In this document: piece by piece, positions 17,348 to 18,125 of the stretch
Numbering within the stretch: position 1 is the stretch's first letter
Layout of the letters: every line of letters starts with the position of its first letter
Source: a bacterium
GTDB taxonomy: Bacteria; SZUA-182; DTGQ01
Direction: 5' to 3'
Length of the DNA: 18,125 nucleotides
NCBI GenBank assembly: GCA_040752695.1
Contig: JBFMGO010000118.1
Span: 1-18,125 of the forward strand
Translations under genes and position numbers: made by a program
The notes under the pieces: model-generated
Told to the model about the DNA's origin: nothing
Databases searched by the model: none
The model's input: the letters and a program-made list of their open reading frames with translations, nothing else

Positions 17348-17437
17348 TTAAGAGGTAAGTATCTGCCACAATCATCATAATATTTTTTATTTATTTTACC
17401 ACATCCTGAGAGAAATGAGGATAGGAATTCCTCCCCA

Positions 17438-17713
17438 TCAAAGAGCAAGCAGTAAGGCCAGGATCAGAATGAGGATGATCAGGCCGATCAGCCTGTTGTC
17501 CGATCTGGGAGTTTTCAAGCTCCGGAGGGGGGTTCTCGGTGAACTGGTTTTTTTCGGTTGTTTTGGAAGGGTTATAATTTGAGCCCCGGATGACCGCTCT
17601 GGCTTGGGGCGGACTTTTTCCCTTTTTCTTTTAAAAGGAATGATCTTTTTCGTAAAATCTTCTTCCTTTTTTGGGGAAAGATGAGAATTGTTCTGAAAGT
17701 CACTGGACTTCAT
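17438..17713 (-). CDS. Small basic hypothetical protein with C-terminal transmembrane anchor (91 aa)
   Basis: K/R/P-rich body ending in LIGLIILILILALLLAL; weak SD AAGG; candidate promoter upstream. Confidence 0.6.
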   Translation of the reverse strand: MKSSDFQNNSHLSPKKEEDFTKKIIPFKRKREKVRPKPERSSGAQIITLPKQPKKTSSPRTPLRSLKTPRSDNRLIGLIILILILALLLAL

Positions 17714-17795
17714 AGCTGATTACCTTGATAGCATAGACATGGTATTTATGCGGGGTTTCATCCACTGATAGTGAGTTTTTGGTTTGTATTTCGCC

Positions 17796-17838
17796 TGACT
17801 TCTGGATTTCTGGCTCCTGAATTCTGACACCTGACTGC
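17796..17838. repeat. Heptamer array (TGACTYC/TGAATTC-like)
   Basis: tgacttc tggatttc tggctcc tgaattc tgacacc tgactgc. Confidence 0.7.
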
Positions 17839-17994
17839 TTACCTTGAGGATACTGAAAAATGTATGTGGCCTTCCCGCTTTTTTATTTCAACAAGCCGAA
17901 AGTTTAACGCAGATAATACATAGAGGTTAACACATTTTTTATACAAAAACTTTTAATATTCATAGCCACTCACTCGTATACTTACCCTTTTATT

Positions 17995-18023
17995 ATTATA
18001 GGCTATTTTACCTCTGTTAGCAA
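17995..18023 (-). promoter_or_regulatory. Sigma70-type promoter TTGCTA-N17-TATAAT
   Basis: Minus strand: -35 at 18023-18018, -10 at 18000-17995, 17-nt spacer, pointing toward the small protein and the ATPase. Confidence 0.6.
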
Positions 18024-18125
18024 ATATATTCGCTCCTGTTTCAGGTCACGTAGTTGTACCATCGTGTTTCAAATCAATTGGCTGTATCGATGATCTTCCC
18101 ACTTCTCATGGCACATCAGTAAGTT

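Noticed and set aside
18109..18125. Sigma54 promoter (TGGCAC)
   Set aside because: The -12 TTGC element is missing at the required spacing.

Overview
Bacterial chromosomal window with 14 credible CDS. The gene content (radical SAM, U32, several Cys-rich proteins, PAS hybrid kinases) is compatible with an anaerobe such as a Desulfobacterota-like or candidate-phylum organism; this taxonomy is inference only. Left arm (+): a 15-Cys hypothetical protein, an FmdB-type zinc-ribbon protein, a stand-alone IMP cyclohydrolase (PurH N-half only), gpsA, an Elp3-like radical SAM protein without an acetyltransferase domain, and a PAS-HK-REC hybrid kinase with a non-canonical H-box (HKFND). Centre (-): a U32-family Fe-S protein, a stand-alone B3/B4 tRNA-editing domain protein and a cytidylate-kinase-like protein. 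Right: a REC-PAS-HK-REC kinase, a kinase with a Cys-rich PAS-like sensor, an Slp lipoprotein, a P-type ATPase with a PEEIP TM4 motif, and a small basic tail-anchored protein. Many intergenic regions hold degenerate 7-bp tandem arrays, and there are several short local duplications. I saw no rRNA, tRNA, CRISPR array or transposase. The best candidate for an undescribed system is the U32 + B3/B4 pair; that remains a hypothesis.
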